Assembly: GCF_004010195.1 (NCBI RefSeq)
Contig: NC_057719.1
Location: 62,064,079-62,126,078, forward strand
Source: Chiloscyllium plagiosum
Taxonomy: Eukaryota
Length of the DNA stretch: 62,000 nt
Direction of reading: 5' to 3'
In this document: in pieces, positions 1 to 12,412 of the stretch
Position numbering within the stretch: position 1 is the stretch's first letter
How the letters are laid out: every line of letters begins with the position of its first letter
Notes under the pieces: generated by a model
What the model saw: only the letters and a program-made list of their open reading frames with translations
Told to the model about the DNA's origin: nothing
The model's database searches: none
Made by a program: the position numbers and the translations under genes

Positions 1-102
1 CTCACATTTTCACACTCGCACACACACTCTCACAAACTCACAAATTCACACGCACACAAACACACACATTCACACACACACTCACAAACACACGCACACT
101 CC
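1..102. repeat. Degenerate (CA)n-rich low-complexity tract
   Basis: Imperfect CACACA repeats; resembles the CA-rich 3' UTR of the Penelope element at 9060-9315. Confidence 0.8.
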
Positions 103-134
103 CCCTGCACCTTCTTTCTTTACTTCAGCAGTTA

Positions 135-283
135 CACAGCACCAGGTTATAGCCCGACAGATTTATTTAAAATCACAAGCTTTCGGAGCACTGCTCCTCC
201 GTTAGGTGAAGTTGAGCTATAACCTGGTGTCATGTGATTTCTGACTTTGACCACCTCGGTCCAACACCGACACCTCCACATCA
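135..283. mobile_element. Short Penelope-derived pLTR fragment (family A) with inverted arms and a degenerate hammerhead on the minus strand
   Basis: CACCAGGTTATAGC (140-153) inverted to GCTATAACCTGGTG (216-229); similar to 9719-9809 and 1676-1800. Confidence 0.75.
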
Positions 284-974
284 TTGCCTTCTTCATTTAT
301 ATTCCAGCTACATTGGTAAAGGCCACCTCTGTTACAGCTGGTCTTGCTTAAACTTTGTCCAAAAATGGAAAAGCTAAAAACTGGGACATTTGAACAGTTT
401 TGAGCAAATTGTTGGGGCATTCCAGGACATCTGGTCACCCAATTAGAAGACTCTTTCACAGAATCCACTCAGGTACACTGGATAAAATGCCATCCTTCTG
501 TGTTGTGTCCATTCATGTTTCTCCACTTTCCCTTGCATTACTCTCATTCCTGATGTTTCCCAAGGGTATAGAGCAGTACAGTGAGTCTGTTCTTTAAGAC
601 CCTTTGTACAAAATCTATCTGAGAACTATCAGAGGAGATTAATTGAAGTTCAAGGGCAATGAGGTAAGGGGCACCCACATCCCATAAAAGAATAGAGGAA
701 GTAAATATTACAGTTGATTCAATTCACTTCACTTCTCTGCTATATGGAAATAATTTGACTAATATTTGCACTAACGGTAGTTTTGACCATAATTAAAAAT
801 GCCTTTTTGCAAAACCAGCTAAAAACAAGATTGGTTAAAGGTCTAAACAACTGCTTTGATTTTCAGGTATGACCATGTTTGTGACCAGTACAAGATAGCT
901 AGCGGGGCGAATTTGGGTGAGGGGGTGGCATGCCTGTTATAGGAAGCGTGTTATTAAGTTGGAGAGGGGTCAGA

Positions 975-1453
975 CGAGACTTACCAGGTTGTTGCCTGGA
1001 ATGGAGGGTTTGAGTTGTAGGGAGAGGCTGGATAGGCTGGGATATTTTTCACTGGAACATAGGAGTTGAGAGGTGACCTTATAGAAGTTTATAAAATCAT
1101 GAGCAACATAGATAAAGGTGAATGGCAAGTGTTTTTTCCCAGGGGGGAGGGAGTTTCAAGAATCGGTGGCATATTTTTAAGGAGAGAGGAGTAGGATTTT
1201 AAAAAGACATGAGAGGCGATTTTTTTATGCAGAGAGTGGTTGTCATGTGGAAGGAACTTCCAGAGGAAGTGGTGGATGCGGGTACAGTGACAACATTGAA
1301 AAGACATTGAGGTAAGTACATGAATAAGAAATTTTTGAAGGGATTTGGGCCAAGTGCAAGTAGGTGGGATGGACTAGTTTAGTTTTGGAAACTGGTTGGC
1401 ATGGACTGGTTGGACCAAATGGTCTATTTCCATGCTGTATGACTCTGTGACTA
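975..1453 (+). mobile_element. CR1-clade (HER1-type) LINE 3' fragment
   Basis: Decayed ORF2 C-terminus (RGDLIEVYKIM..., FFMQRVVVMWKELP) and typical tail ...GCTGTATGACTCT. Confidence 0.9.
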
Positions 1454-1675
1454 TTTGTAGTGGGGCGGGGGGAGGTGAGGAAGAATGGAATGGACAGAAT
1501 GGACTGCAGCAGCCACCTACCTTGACCATGGAGTCTGCAAGAGAGCTTAATGTAAGGCACTCGTTAATCTATGTGCACCTTAAATCAAAGTATGTATTAA
1601 TTATGTATTGAAAACTGATCTTGCTGCCTGCTGATCAACAGGCTGCCATTTCAGAATGAAGTTAAGGTTGTCAAC

Positions 1676-1710
1676 CACCTGATGAAGGAACAGCGCTCCG
1701 AAAGCTAGTG
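1676..1710 (+). ncRNA. Minimal type I hammerhead ribozyme (family A)
   Basis: CAC-CUGAUGA-A-GGAAC.AGC.GCUCC-GAA-AGCU-A-GUG: core boxes intact, palindromic AGCU stem III, CAC/GUG stem I, one stem II mismatch. Confidence 0.8.
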
Positions 1711-1800
1711 CTTCCAAATAAACCTGATGGACTATAACCTGGTGTTGTGCGGTTTTTAACTTTGTCCACTCCAATCCAACACCGGCTTCTCCAAATCATT
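1676..1800 (+). mobile_element. Penelope-derived pLTR fragment (family A)
   Basis: Near-identical to the 3' terminus of the Penelope element (9719-9809). Confidence 0.85.
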
Positions 1801-3143
1801 TCAGAACAAGTCTGCTTCGCTGGAAACAAAGCAGGCCTTCCTCGGTGCAGCAGTTTGCTGTGGGGCCCACAAACAGGTGTGGAACATTTTAGTTGTACAG
1901 ACACATTTTGTAAATGAAAGGCACAAAGTGTTCTTCAGTGCGGGCATTGAGATTGTATTCAGATCAAATACATGATTTCAAATGATTCAAGTGAAGTGAA
2001 AACACGCCATTAGAATGTGAAGCAAATGCAGTCATCAGGAAATAAATTCAAGGTCCTTTAGCACATACAATGTGAAGGCTGGGGGTGAGGGTGGGGGGTT
2101 AATTCATCAAGGAAATGTGATAATGAGATGGTGTCTATGAAGGAACTAATGAGTTCCTGAGTCAGGCCTGTATGATTTTATTAAACGAGTTTGTTCATCA
2201 TCGTCAATCATCACATTGAACCCTCTCTAAGAGACAGATAGGTCAAATGACAGGTTCCTTCAGACTGTTCAAACATTACTTGGGGAAGCACCAAGCTTCA
2301 TATTGCCTTTCAAACATAATCACATCTTTAGCTGACAGAATTTTAATTTAGTCTTTAGCCCATTGCTGGATAGATCCTGACATCTGTGGAAATGGAGTCA
2401 AACTTGAAGAATTGAGCCATTCAGTAAATTGAGGTAGCAGCTTTTTGAAGGTGATTTAGAGGAATTACATCTATTCAGGTATAGATAACCTACATTTTTT
2501 TATAATGAAGGTTGAAAATTTCCCAAACTACTGAGAAACAATCAAAGTAACTGAAGTCACATTGTGGAATCTGTCAAGTTAAAATAACATAGTAACTCTG
2601 CCATGAGCCATTAAAAAGACTTGCATTTATTTGGCACGTTTCACAACCACTACATGTCTTAGAGAGCTTTACAGCTTACAAGCAGGTGAGCAAGGGTAAA
2701 TTGGGAACTGCCCTTTTTGTATTTTTGTCTTTGTTTGATTACAACAGGTTTTGAATTTAAAGATGATGTATTGCCAGTTCAGTAGGTATTTGATTGTGTG
2801 CATATAGAATTAGCCAATCCAGGTTTTCTTGAAACATATGAGTATGGGGTTCATTTTGTGTGCTCAAACCCTTGCAGGTAAAATACACTGCAGCCTCTGC
2901 AATTTGCATACAAATCTGCACATTAATTCCCGGGTAGAAGGTTAACTTTCCTAAATTAAAGTTTATTGAAAAGAAGAAGATCATTTGGAAATCAATGGTT
3001 GTAGTTGAGCTGGTTATGCATAGGCTATGGTCCTCAGCTGGACTTTGAATGTCAAAGCTGATGTCTTTATCCTCTTCTGGAAATGCTGCTGTGGAAACTG
3101 CTTCCGAGTACGTAACTTAAATGTTGCTGAAAGGAGACAAGAA

Positions 3144-3175
3144 GTTGAAGCTTTTTATCTTGCACTCATCAGGAA
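3144..3175 (-). ncRNA. Degenerate hammerhead-like motif (family D)
   Basis: Minus strand CCUGAUGA-GU-GCAAG-AU-AAAAAGCUUC; GAAA box mutated; palindromic AAGCUU retained. Confidence 0.4.
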
Positions 3176-3694
3176 TAGGACAGACTTCAAAACAGGACAC
3201 CACTTTACACAGCTTGAAAAGAGGTGCTGGGCAATCATTGGCATGGAGACACAACAGGAACAGTTAAATGTAAGTCTTTGTTTCTGGAACAACCAGGTAG
3301 AAACTGAGACAGTGAAAGATAGAAAGAGAGAGAGAGAGGAGAGCTTCCTCTATCTACTCGTAGTGATCATCTGCTAAAACATGCTTTCAGCAGACACATA
3401 CAAACCTTGGGTTTGCAACATGACTTCTCTACAATGACCATCAGAAATTCAAACATCCACTTCAAGCGGTATGTTAGATTGTGGAGATATGAGACAATCA
3501 TTCAAGAAAATCAAAGTATTCGGTTCAAGCAATTAAATTCTGAGTGTTTCATCTTCCATGTTACAATACTTTAAAGGTCTCCATTTTGATTCAGCTTGAA
3601 GAAAGCTGTTTACATATTTCCAAGATTCCACTGTTTCTGCTAGGGTCTTTAAAGAATCATTGTCCCAATCCAAATGAATTGGAATGCAGCAACA

Positions 3695-4878
3695 TGGGTC
3701 CTCTACTTTTTGTCATTTACATAAATGATTCGATTAGATTACTTACAGTGTGGAAACAGGCCCTTCGGCCCAACAAGTCCACACGAACCCACCCAGACCC
3801 ATTCCCCTACACCTAACACTACAGGCAATTTAGCATGGCCAATTCACCTAACCTGCACATTTTTGGCCTGTGGGAGGAAACCCGCACAGACACGGGGAGA
3901 ATGTGCAAACTCCACACAGACAGTCACCTGAGGTGGGAACTGAGCCCGGGTCTCTGGTGCTGTGAGGCGGCAGTGCTAACCACTGTACCACCATGCCACC
4001 CAATTTGGATGCGAACATAAGAGGTACAGTTAGTAAGTTTGCAGATGACACTAATATTGGAGGTGTAGTGGACAGCGAAGGTTACCTCATATTACAACAG
4101 GATCTTGACCAGATGGGCCAATGGGCTGAGAAGTGGCAGATGGAGTTTAATTCAGATAAATACGAGATACCGCATTTTGGGAAAGCAAATCTTAGCAGGA
4201 CTTATACACTTAATGGTAAGGTCCTAGGGAGTGTTGTTGAACAAAGAGACCTTGGAGTGCAGGTTCATAGCTCCTTGAAAGTGGAGTCACAGGTAGATAG
4301 GATAGTGAAGAAGGCGTTTGGTATGTTTTCTTTTATTGGTCAGAGTATTGAATACAGGAGTTAGGAGGTCATGTTGTGGCTGTACAGGATATTAGTTAGG
4401 CCATTGTTGGAATATTGTGTGAAATTCTGGTCTCCTTCCTATCAGAAAGATGTTGTGAAACTTGAAAGGGTTCAGAAAAGATTCACAAGGATGTTGCCAG
4501 GGTTGGAGGATCTGAGCTACAGGGAGAGGCTGAACAGGCTGGTGCTGTTTTCCCTGGAGAGTCGGAGGCTGCGGGGTGACCTTATAGAGGTTTGCAAAAT
4601 TATGAGGAGCATGGATAGGGGATAAGTAGGCAAAGTCTTTTCCCTGGGCTGGGGGAATCCAGAACTAGAGGGCATAGGTTTAGGGTGAGAAGGGAAAGAT
4701 ATCAAAGAAACCTAAGGGCCAACCTTTTCACACAGAGGGTGGTACGTGTATGGAATGAGCTGCCGGGATATGGGCCGGTGCTGGCAGGCGGGACTAGATT
4801 GGGTTGGGATATCTGATCGGCATGGATGGGTTGGACCGAAGGGTCTGTTTCCATGCTGTACATCTCTATGACTCGATA
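3695..4878 (+). mobile_element. CR1/HER1 LINE ORF2 3' portion (RT domains 4-7 and C-terminus), interrupted by a SINE
   Basis: GPLLFVIYIND [SINE] LDANIRGTVSKFADDT...LGVQVHSSLK...LVRPLLEYCVKFWSP...RGDLIEV; in-frame stops; HER1 tail. Confidence 0.95.
3731..4001 (-). mobile_element. HE1-type tRNA-derived SINE
   Basis: Minus strand: A-box GGTACAGTGGTTAGCAC, B-box-like GGGCTCAGTTCCC, core TGTGTGGAGTTTGCACATTCTCCCC, LINE-derived tail with (AATCT)n. Confidence 0.92.
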
Positions 4879-5599
4879 ACATATTAACGTAAATTGGCGG
4901 TCTCGTTTAGTTTCAGTCGATATCTTTGCTTTCATTAAAAACTGTATTTAAGAAGTCTAATAACTTCAGCAAGTTAAATAAAAAGTTATTATTTGACATG
5001 AGTGTTTCTTCATGCCAACAGGCAATGAAGTCTTTTTCAGATGTAACTCACTATCGGAATCAACACCTGTAGACACACAGCGGTTGGAACCAGCACACTA
5101 ATCACACACCATCAAGATCCAGTACCAGAAATCATGGCCACACATGAAACTTAGAGGCCCGCACAGCTGGAACAGGAATTAGATGGGACGCTGGTTGGGA
5201 TGTAAGAAACAAGCCAACTGATCGACAGCAAATTCCCACAAACAGTAGTGTTATATAACCTGTCTTTTTTTAAATCTGATTGGAGGATGAATATTGGTTA
5301 GAAAGCAGAGGTAATCACTTTCGTCTTCTTCAAATAGCACAGTGTGGGTGGAGTTAGATAGAAAATAGACAGATTGAAGATGGGAGATCAATTGAGATCA
5401 GGGAACATCCGCATAACATTTAACAATAAGATCAGAACCTGGTAGTTCTCAGATTAATATGTATAGTCAAATTTCATGTTAACCTGCCCTGAATCCAGGT
5501 CCACAAAAATCTAAGCTTGCAGATGGTTCTGTTGTTGCCGTTAACTATTCTGTCCTGAACACAAACCCTCAGCTTTGGCTCTAAAACCACCCAACAAAA

Positions 5600-5668
5600 G
5601 ACAGTGCTCCCTCAGCATTGCACCTGAGTGTTGACCTTGACTTTTCAGCTCAAGCCCTGAAGTAGATC
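5600..5668 (-). mobile_element. SacSINE1/DeuSINE-like relic
   Basis: GACAGTGCTCCCTCAGCATTGCACCTGAGTG...GCTCAAG resembles the Deu-domain SINE consensus as I recall it. Confidence 0.5.
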
Positions 5669-5770
5669 TGACAAAGAACCATATCAGACTTCAAATGAAA
5701 CCTCTGCTTCTCTCTCCACAGATGCAATCAGACAGACTGAGTTTCTCCAGCAGCCCTCTCTGTTTGTATT
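5666..5770 (+). mobile_element. Old Penelope-derived short element (family C-like), hammerhead decayed
   Basis: CTGACAAAG...CTCTCTCCACAGATGC...CTGAGTTTCTCCAGCA; similar to 22213-22425. Confidence 0.55.
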
Positions 5771-5827
5771 GTGTGAAACTAGAACTTTGGGACCCAGCGG
5801 TGACGGTGCTACACATTGAACCACAAC

Positions 5828-6042
5828 ACACGGGTTTCCTCCGGGTGCTCCGGTTTCCTCCCACAGTCCAAAGATGTGCAGGTCAAGTGAATTGGCCATG
5901 CTAAATTGCCCGTAGTGTTAGGTGAAGGGTTAAATGTAGGGGAATGGGTCTGAGTGGGTTGCGCTTCGGCGGGGTGGTGTGGACTTGTTGGGCCAAAGGG
6001 CCTGTTTCCACACTGTAAGTAATCTAATCTAATCTAATCTAA
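5828..6042 (+). mobile_element. HE1-type SINE, 5'-truncated
   Basis: GGGTTTCCTCCGGGTGCTCCGGTTTCCTCCCACAGTCCAAAGATGTGCAGG ... (AATCT)4 tail. Confidence 0.92.
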
Positions 6043-6721
6043 ACACAGCTAATGAGATTTTCAAAATTTCCCAGGCCAAAGTGATGCATAATTAGCTGTG
6101 AAAATACTGGCAAGGTTAATGATTTTTTTCCTTAAAATGTACAATGATTGCAGTAACTTTAAGGCAGAGCAGATGCACACAGTTAAATGCAGAAATATTA
6201 AATTTGTTGCCGTGCTGTGCCACATCACGAGTAGCTTAACAAAGATTTACATCCAGCAGTCTACCTCACCTTTGAAATTGATCGACTGATGGACACTGCT
6301 GCATTTGCCTGATAAAAACAAATTAAACATGCCACAGAAATTTAAATCTTGGTTATTTCAGTCTGAAAACCATTCAACTCTGTAAGTATTAATCATTGCA
6401 AATTAACTTCTTTGCTGCTGAAAATGAATAAATGTGCAAATTTATTCATTCAGGTATTAATTGTTTGACTTTTGAAAATATTATATTGTGCATTTCATTC
6501 TGTTTCCTTATTTGTTTTATTTTTCTTATTTCAAAACTTCTGTCCCTCTCTTTCCTTGCAGTACAAGTTTTACAAAACCTAAACAGATAAGGTGGAATCT
6601 AATGATAGACAGAAGCCACAATGTTTAATCTATACAAGTTATTGGTTTGCCAATAGCCCTGAGAATGTGCAAAAAAAACAAAAAGAGCAATATCCTTGCA
6701 AATAATTGAAGATTTTTTCCC

Positions 6722-9047
6722 CCAGTCGGAGATATTACCAGTAATAGCAAAGCCCACCCTGGAACCAGAGTAGACTACATTACCACTGCGGGGAAGTCTA
6801 TTGTCAACTTATCGGACCACACCCTTCGACCGGAAGAGATTGAAGTCTTGAACAGGGGTCTCAACTTCTGCCCCACCACCAAAATGGACCCGTTGGTTCT
6901 GGCAGCAGACACAGAGGAGTTCATCAGACGAATGAGACTCCAGGAATTCTTTCAAGCTGCCGGCAGTGATCCCACTGAGCCCACTGATGAACTAGAACAG
7001 TCATCACAGGGATCTGTAGAGGAACGATCAAAGAAGGTGTCAACTTGGACCCCACCGGAGGGCCGCTGCCCTGGGCTTGACATGTATGCTCAAACTGTCA
7101 GGAAATATATAAATGCCAGATTCATCAGCCGTACCCACAAGGGAGAGCAAAACATCACCCGTTCACAACGCAATGCCATTCAGGCTCTCAAAGCCAATGA
7201 CAACATTGTCATCAAACCAGTAGATAAAGGAGGAGCCTTTGTCATTCAGAATAGAACAGATTACTGCAAGGAAGTGTACCGACAACTGAACAACCAGGAA
7301 CACTGCAGGCAACTACCAGCTGATCCGACCAAAGAACATATCTGAGAATTAAACACACTGATCAGAACTTTGGATCCAGTCCTTCAGAGCTCCCTACGCG
7401 CCCTCATCCCATGTACTTCTCGTGTAGGCGACTTCTACTGCCTTCCAAAAGTACACAAAGCCAACACACTGGGACGTCCCATCGTGTCGGGCAATGGGAC
7501 CCTATGTGATAATCTCTCTGGCTATGTGGAAGGCATCTTGAAACCTATTGTACAGGGGATCTCCAGCTTCTGTCGCAACACTACGGATTTCATACAGAAA
7601 CTCAGCACCCATGGGCCAGTCGAACCGGGAACATTCCTCGTCACAATGGACGTTTCCGCACTCTACACCAGCATCCCCCACAAGGATGGCATCACGGCAA
7701 CGGCCTCAGTACTCAACACCAACAACTGCCAGTCTCCAAACACCATCCTACAACTCATCGTCTTTATCCTCGATCACGTTTTCACCTTTGACAACCAATT
7801 CTTCATCCAGACACACGGAACAGCCATGGGGACTAAATTTGCACCCCAATATGCCAACATTTTTATGCACAGGTTCAAACAAGATTTCATCTCTATGCAG
7901 GATCTCCAACCAACATTGTACACCAGGTACATTGATGACATTTTCTTCCTCTGGACCCATAGCGAGGAGTCACAGATAAAACTACACAGTGACATCAACC
8001 AGTTTCATGCCACCATCAAACTCACCATGGAGTACTCTCGACTGTCTGTCTCATTCTTGGACACATGCGTCTCCATCAAGGACGGACACCTCAGCTCCAC
8101 ACTCTAGCGCAAACCCACAGACAACCTCACAGTGCTACACTTCTCCAGCTTCCACCCAAAACATATTAAAACAACCATTCCCTATGGGCAAGCTCTACAC
8201 GTAAACCGGATCTGCTCAGATGAGGAGGAACGTGACAGACACCTGGAAGTACTCAAGGATGCCCTCACAAGAACGGGGCACAATGCTCATGCCCGAAATG
8301 TCGATTCTCCTGCTCCTTGGATGCTGCCTGACCTGCTGCGCTTTTCCAGCAACACATTTTCAGCTCAACTCATCGACCGCTAGTTCCGACGTGCCACAGC
8401 AAGGAACCGTAATGACCTCCTCAGGAGACAGACACATGCTGCAACTGACAGGGTACCCTTCGTTGTTCAGTATTTCCCAGGGGCTGAAATATTACGCCAT
8501 GTTCTTCGTGACCTGCAACACATTATCACTGAGGATGAGCATCTCACCAAGACCTTCCCCACACCTCCACTACTTGCCTTTAAACAACCGTCAAACCTCA
8601 AACAGATCATTGTTCATAGCAAACTGCCCGGCTCTCAGGACAACTCCATACAACCCTGTCATGGTGGATGCTGCAAGACGTGTCAGATTGTGGACATAGA
8701 TACCACTATTACGCGTGGGAACACCTCCCACCTTGTACATGGCAGGTACTCATGTGACTCTGCCAACATTGTCTATCTTATACGTTGCAGGCAAGGATGC
8801 CCGGAGGCATGGTACATTGGGGAAACCGAGCAAAGGCTACGACAATGGATGAATGGGCACCGCACAATAATCAACAGACAGGAGGGTTCCCTCCCAGTCA
8901 GCCTTGGATCTTCGGGTGACCATCCTCCAAGGTGGACTTCAGGACAGGCAGCAGAGGAAAGTGGCCGAGCAGAGGCTGATAGTTAAGTTCGGTACCCATA
9001 AGGAGGGTCTCAACCGGAACCTTGGGTTCCTGTCACATTACAGGTGA
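6722..9047 (+). pseudogene. Penelope RT / GIY-YIG endonuclease polyprotein pseudogene
   Basis: Track ORFs 6848, 7370, 8132 and 8690 are one frame with stops at 7343, 8105 and 8381, and a frameshifting deletion near 8900. Motifs: IVNLS..GLNFCPT, IKPVDKG, YCLPKVHK..GRPIVS, MDVSALYTSIP, GTAMG, RYIDD (7925-7939), Cys linker PCHGGCCKTC (8654-8683), VYLIRC..YIGET, GLN. Confidence 0.95.
8290..8362 (+). mobile_element. Family B short Penelope-derived element inserted in the Penelope ORF
   Basis: Matches the minus strand of 58104-58227; flanked by GCTCA direct repeats (8285-8289 / 8363-8367). Confidence 0.85.
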
Positions 9048-9059
9048 TCACCATTGCAC

Positions 9060-9315
9060 TACACACACACACAGATATTCCTACACACACACATTCTCAC
9101 ATACACACGGACACAGGTACACACAGACATACACACAGACACCCACACACACCCTTATAGACACACACACTCCCACACTCACACATGCACCCCCTCACAG
9201 ACTTAAGACGCTCTGCACTCACTATACACACACACACACACACTTTCTCACATTCACAACCCCCACCCCAGACAGACAGACACACACAGGCAGACAAAGA
9301 CCCACATGCACACAT
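9060..9315. repeat. (CA)-rich tract in the Penelope 3' UTR
   Basis: Imperfect CA/CAGA repeats. Confidence 0.85.
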
Positions 9316-9718
9316 ATATTTTGTGGAGTGAATTTGTACTTGCAGAGTTACATTGCACTTTGCTCACAACCGGCATACATTCATGTAGAACTCTGAGCTC
9401 AAAAACTGCAAGAATTTATGTAAAACTCTGTTATCTCACTTTTTAGATTAGAATCAATCAAAACATCAGGTCTTAGAGAACACAGGGGCTAACACCTTCA
9501 ACATATTGTCTAGCTATCACCATTGTTAACAGCTAATCCGAGAATGCAACTTTAAAGAAAAGGTTTTGTGATTTACTCATGAAAGAAGTGAAACTCATCA
9601 CTGTATTCTAACAGATGAAAGGCTTAACAGACAATCAATATTTCAATGTATAATTTCAGTTACATCACGCTGTAAATTTTTGCTATAAATTCTGTGTTAT
9701 GATCGAGCCCTCCACTAT

Positions 9719-9753
9719 CACCTGATGAAGGATCGTCACTCCGAAAGCTAGTG
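9719..9753 (+). ncRNA. Minimal hammerhead ribozyme at the Penelope 3' end (family A)
   Basis: CAC-CUGAUGA-A-GGAUCGUCACUCC-GAA-AGCU-A-GUG; stem II partly mismatched. Confidence 0.8.
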
Positions 9754-11927
9754 TGCTTCCAATTAAACCTGTTGGACTATAACCTGGTGTTGTGTGATTT
9801 TTAACTTTGATTGAAGTGTTATGTTCACACCCATTATTATCCCAAAACCCATGTTTACAGGCCTCATTATTCTTAGGTAGTTATGCCTAGATTGAAGTAC
9901 GCTCACTGCTGAACCAGTAGTCAATCCACTTGTAACATTACAACTTATAGATGATGTTAATGACTGGGCAAGTCTTTTACCTGTTGTTTAAAGCAATGCT
10001 GCCTTAAGCTACTGTGTAGAAAGGCCACTGTAAATAAAATCTATTAGATAAGCCAGTCTGCAATTCAGTCATGTAGTAAGCAAGTGACAGATGCCACCCT
10101 GCCTGGTAAAACACTGCTACCACATTCTCAAGGGAATTATAGAGGACAGATGACTTTTACCAGATTTCAGGATTCCCCATGAGCACAGAAGGCTATAAAT
10201 GGAACTCATATGACCACCAGGGTTCATCACTAGAGTCATAATGCATGCATGAGCAGATGGAAAGTACACTCTGCTATTGGGTAAGTAGTTTCAACTTCAG
10301 CAATGTTATATTGTAGGTTGATGTCTGTGATACAGTCTGCAGCATTCAACTTTCTTTTAAGGTCTGAGTGCCTCTATGATTCTCAACAGCATGCTACTCC
10401 TTTCCTACCAAAACCCATTGCACTAAGCAGCAACTACCACCTATCCAAAACATTGATACAATGAAACCTTTGCCATCACCCAAGTCCCTGTTCAGCATAC
10501 CAGCCAGACACTGATGCCATGATCCCAGTGCTTAGATTCCTCAAACAAAATGTGAACACAGCAAACTCAGCAACAACTGTTACACACTGCCCCGTTTCAC
10601 CATTCACAGCAGCATGAACTGAAGAATGAAAAGGGACACCAAGGAACTTGCCAGTATGAGGAAGAAGGGAGAGGATTATGGAGATTCATAATTTTCAGGT
10701 AGAAAATACTTGGGAGCAATCAGTCGTTCTCATGATGCTCTCTGAGCTTATACAGTATCTTCATCAATGAAAACTTTACACACCCTCTGCCTAAAATGTC
10801 CAAAACAGTGAAAAGTGAAACTATATTGTTGTTGTTTCTTAGTGTCAATGAAAGAGCATTTGCTCTTCCCCTAACATCATTCAGAACATAAAACACGACG
10901 AGTGGTTGAGCAGCATAGCAGTGGATGCCAGTGACAGGGCCATTTGTTCAGATTATGAATGTGTAGTGACATTAAAATTAAGCTATTTCATCGACTGGGG
11001 AATGGAGTCACACCACTGATGCTGGACAGTGCAGTTGGAGACACCATCAGCATTGTTAATGACAGAAATTTGCTGTCCCTGTTATTTTCATGCTCCAATC
11101 TCCCAGTTAATCCCAACTGATTAATGCAGTCGAATGTTTCAGATGGTGATGATTTTGCACATGATTGGTTCCTCAGTGCATTGGGAAGTATATAATGGAT
11201 CCAGAATTGGCACCAAATTGGATACAGCAGCATTCTTTAGTTCAAGTACAAGAAAGTACTCGTACATTGTAATATGTCTTTCAGTAGCGGTTTATGTCGA
11301 AGTGGGATAGATGGTTCATCTCCCAGAAGAAAAGATGGCAGCCATCCCACAGACTCAGAACGAACTGCCTGAGAGCCATGACTCCCTGTGGATGGGCTAC
11401 GTCACCATGGGATATCTGCCCCACAGAAACAGAAAGTCCCATCCTCTGAAGATCCCAGCCAATGGGATTGGACAACGGCGCCAGTAGTCCTAGGAACACC
11501 AGTCCTCCATCATGGGCACTGCCAGCACTGCAACGGGCCCCAAGGTGAAGGCCCCATTGAATCCCCTCCAGATCAGTAAGAGCCTTTGGGCAGGGAGAGT
11601 TTCCCTCCTGAGGAAGGCCACAAGAAGGGTGGGTGTGTGGATTTTAAACTCCTTGCAGAGAAGAAAGGGAGAGTACTATCTTTTCTGGAGCCGACCCCCC
11701 CCCCCCCCGTGTAAAGGATATCCACCAAGAATAGCAGCAGGAGAGTTAGACACTCCCTGGAGTTTGAGTATTGGTCACTCCAAGGTAGTCACAGATTGCA
11801 TTGGATGCTGGTGGTTTGTCATAGCTGGGGGGTCAACTGAAAAGTAAATGGGCATCAGACCATCCAGGAGTTCACTCCCAGGTGGGCAAGTGAAAACTTA
11901 AAAATTGGTGCAGGTGCACAGGAAAGA

Positions 11928-12412
11928 GTGAAACTTGAAAGGGTTCAGAAAAGATTTACAAGGACGTTGCCAGGGTTGGAGGATTGAGCGATAGGGAGAG
12001 GCTGAATAGGCTGGGGCTGTTTTCCCTGGAGCGTCAGAGGCTGAGGAGTGACCTTATAGAGGTTTATAAAATTATGAAGGGCATGGAGAGGATAAACAGA
12101 CAAAGTCTTTTCACTGAAGTGGGAGAGTCCAGAACTAGAGGACATAGGTTTGGGGTAAGAGGGAAAAGATATAAAAGAGACCTAAGGGGCAACATTTTCA
12201 TACAGATGGTGGTATGTGTGTGGAATGAGCTGCCAGAGAAAGTAGTGGAGACTGATACAATAGTAACATTTAAAAGACATCTGGATGGGTATATGAATAG
12301 GAGGGGTTTAGAGGGATATGGGCCAAGTGCTGACAAGTGGGACTAGGTTAGGTTGGCATGGACAAGTTGGACCAAAGGGGCTGTTTCCGTGCTGTACATC
12401 TCTATAATTCTC
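11928..12412 (+). mobile_element. CR1/HER1 LINE 3' fragment
   Basis: RERLNRLGLFSLERQRLRSDLIEVYKIMKG...WNELP...FKRHLD; HER1 tail. Confidence 0.93.

Larger units (their letters stand above)
6712..9809 (+). mobile_element. Penelope-like retroelement (Neptune-type), 5'-truncated, inactivated
   Basis: RT + GIY-YIG ORF, CA-rich 3' UTR, terminal hammerhead; candidate 7-bp TSD ATTGAAG (6705-6711 / 9810-9816). Confidence 0.95.

Noticed and set aside
3027..3377. 116-aa ORF as a possible host gene
   Set aside because: No domain; overlaps a repeat relic and a GA microsatellite
7548..8699. Overlapping alternative-frame ORFs in the Penelope element
   Set aside because: Shadow frames of the RT ORF with no recognisable motifs
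9022..9396. His/Thr-rich ORF and antisense Cys/Val-rich ORF
   Set aside because: Translation artefacts of the CA-rich tract
10690..11240. Possible host exon after TTTTCAG
   Set aside because: Stops in the frames I examined; no recognisable protein or clear donor site
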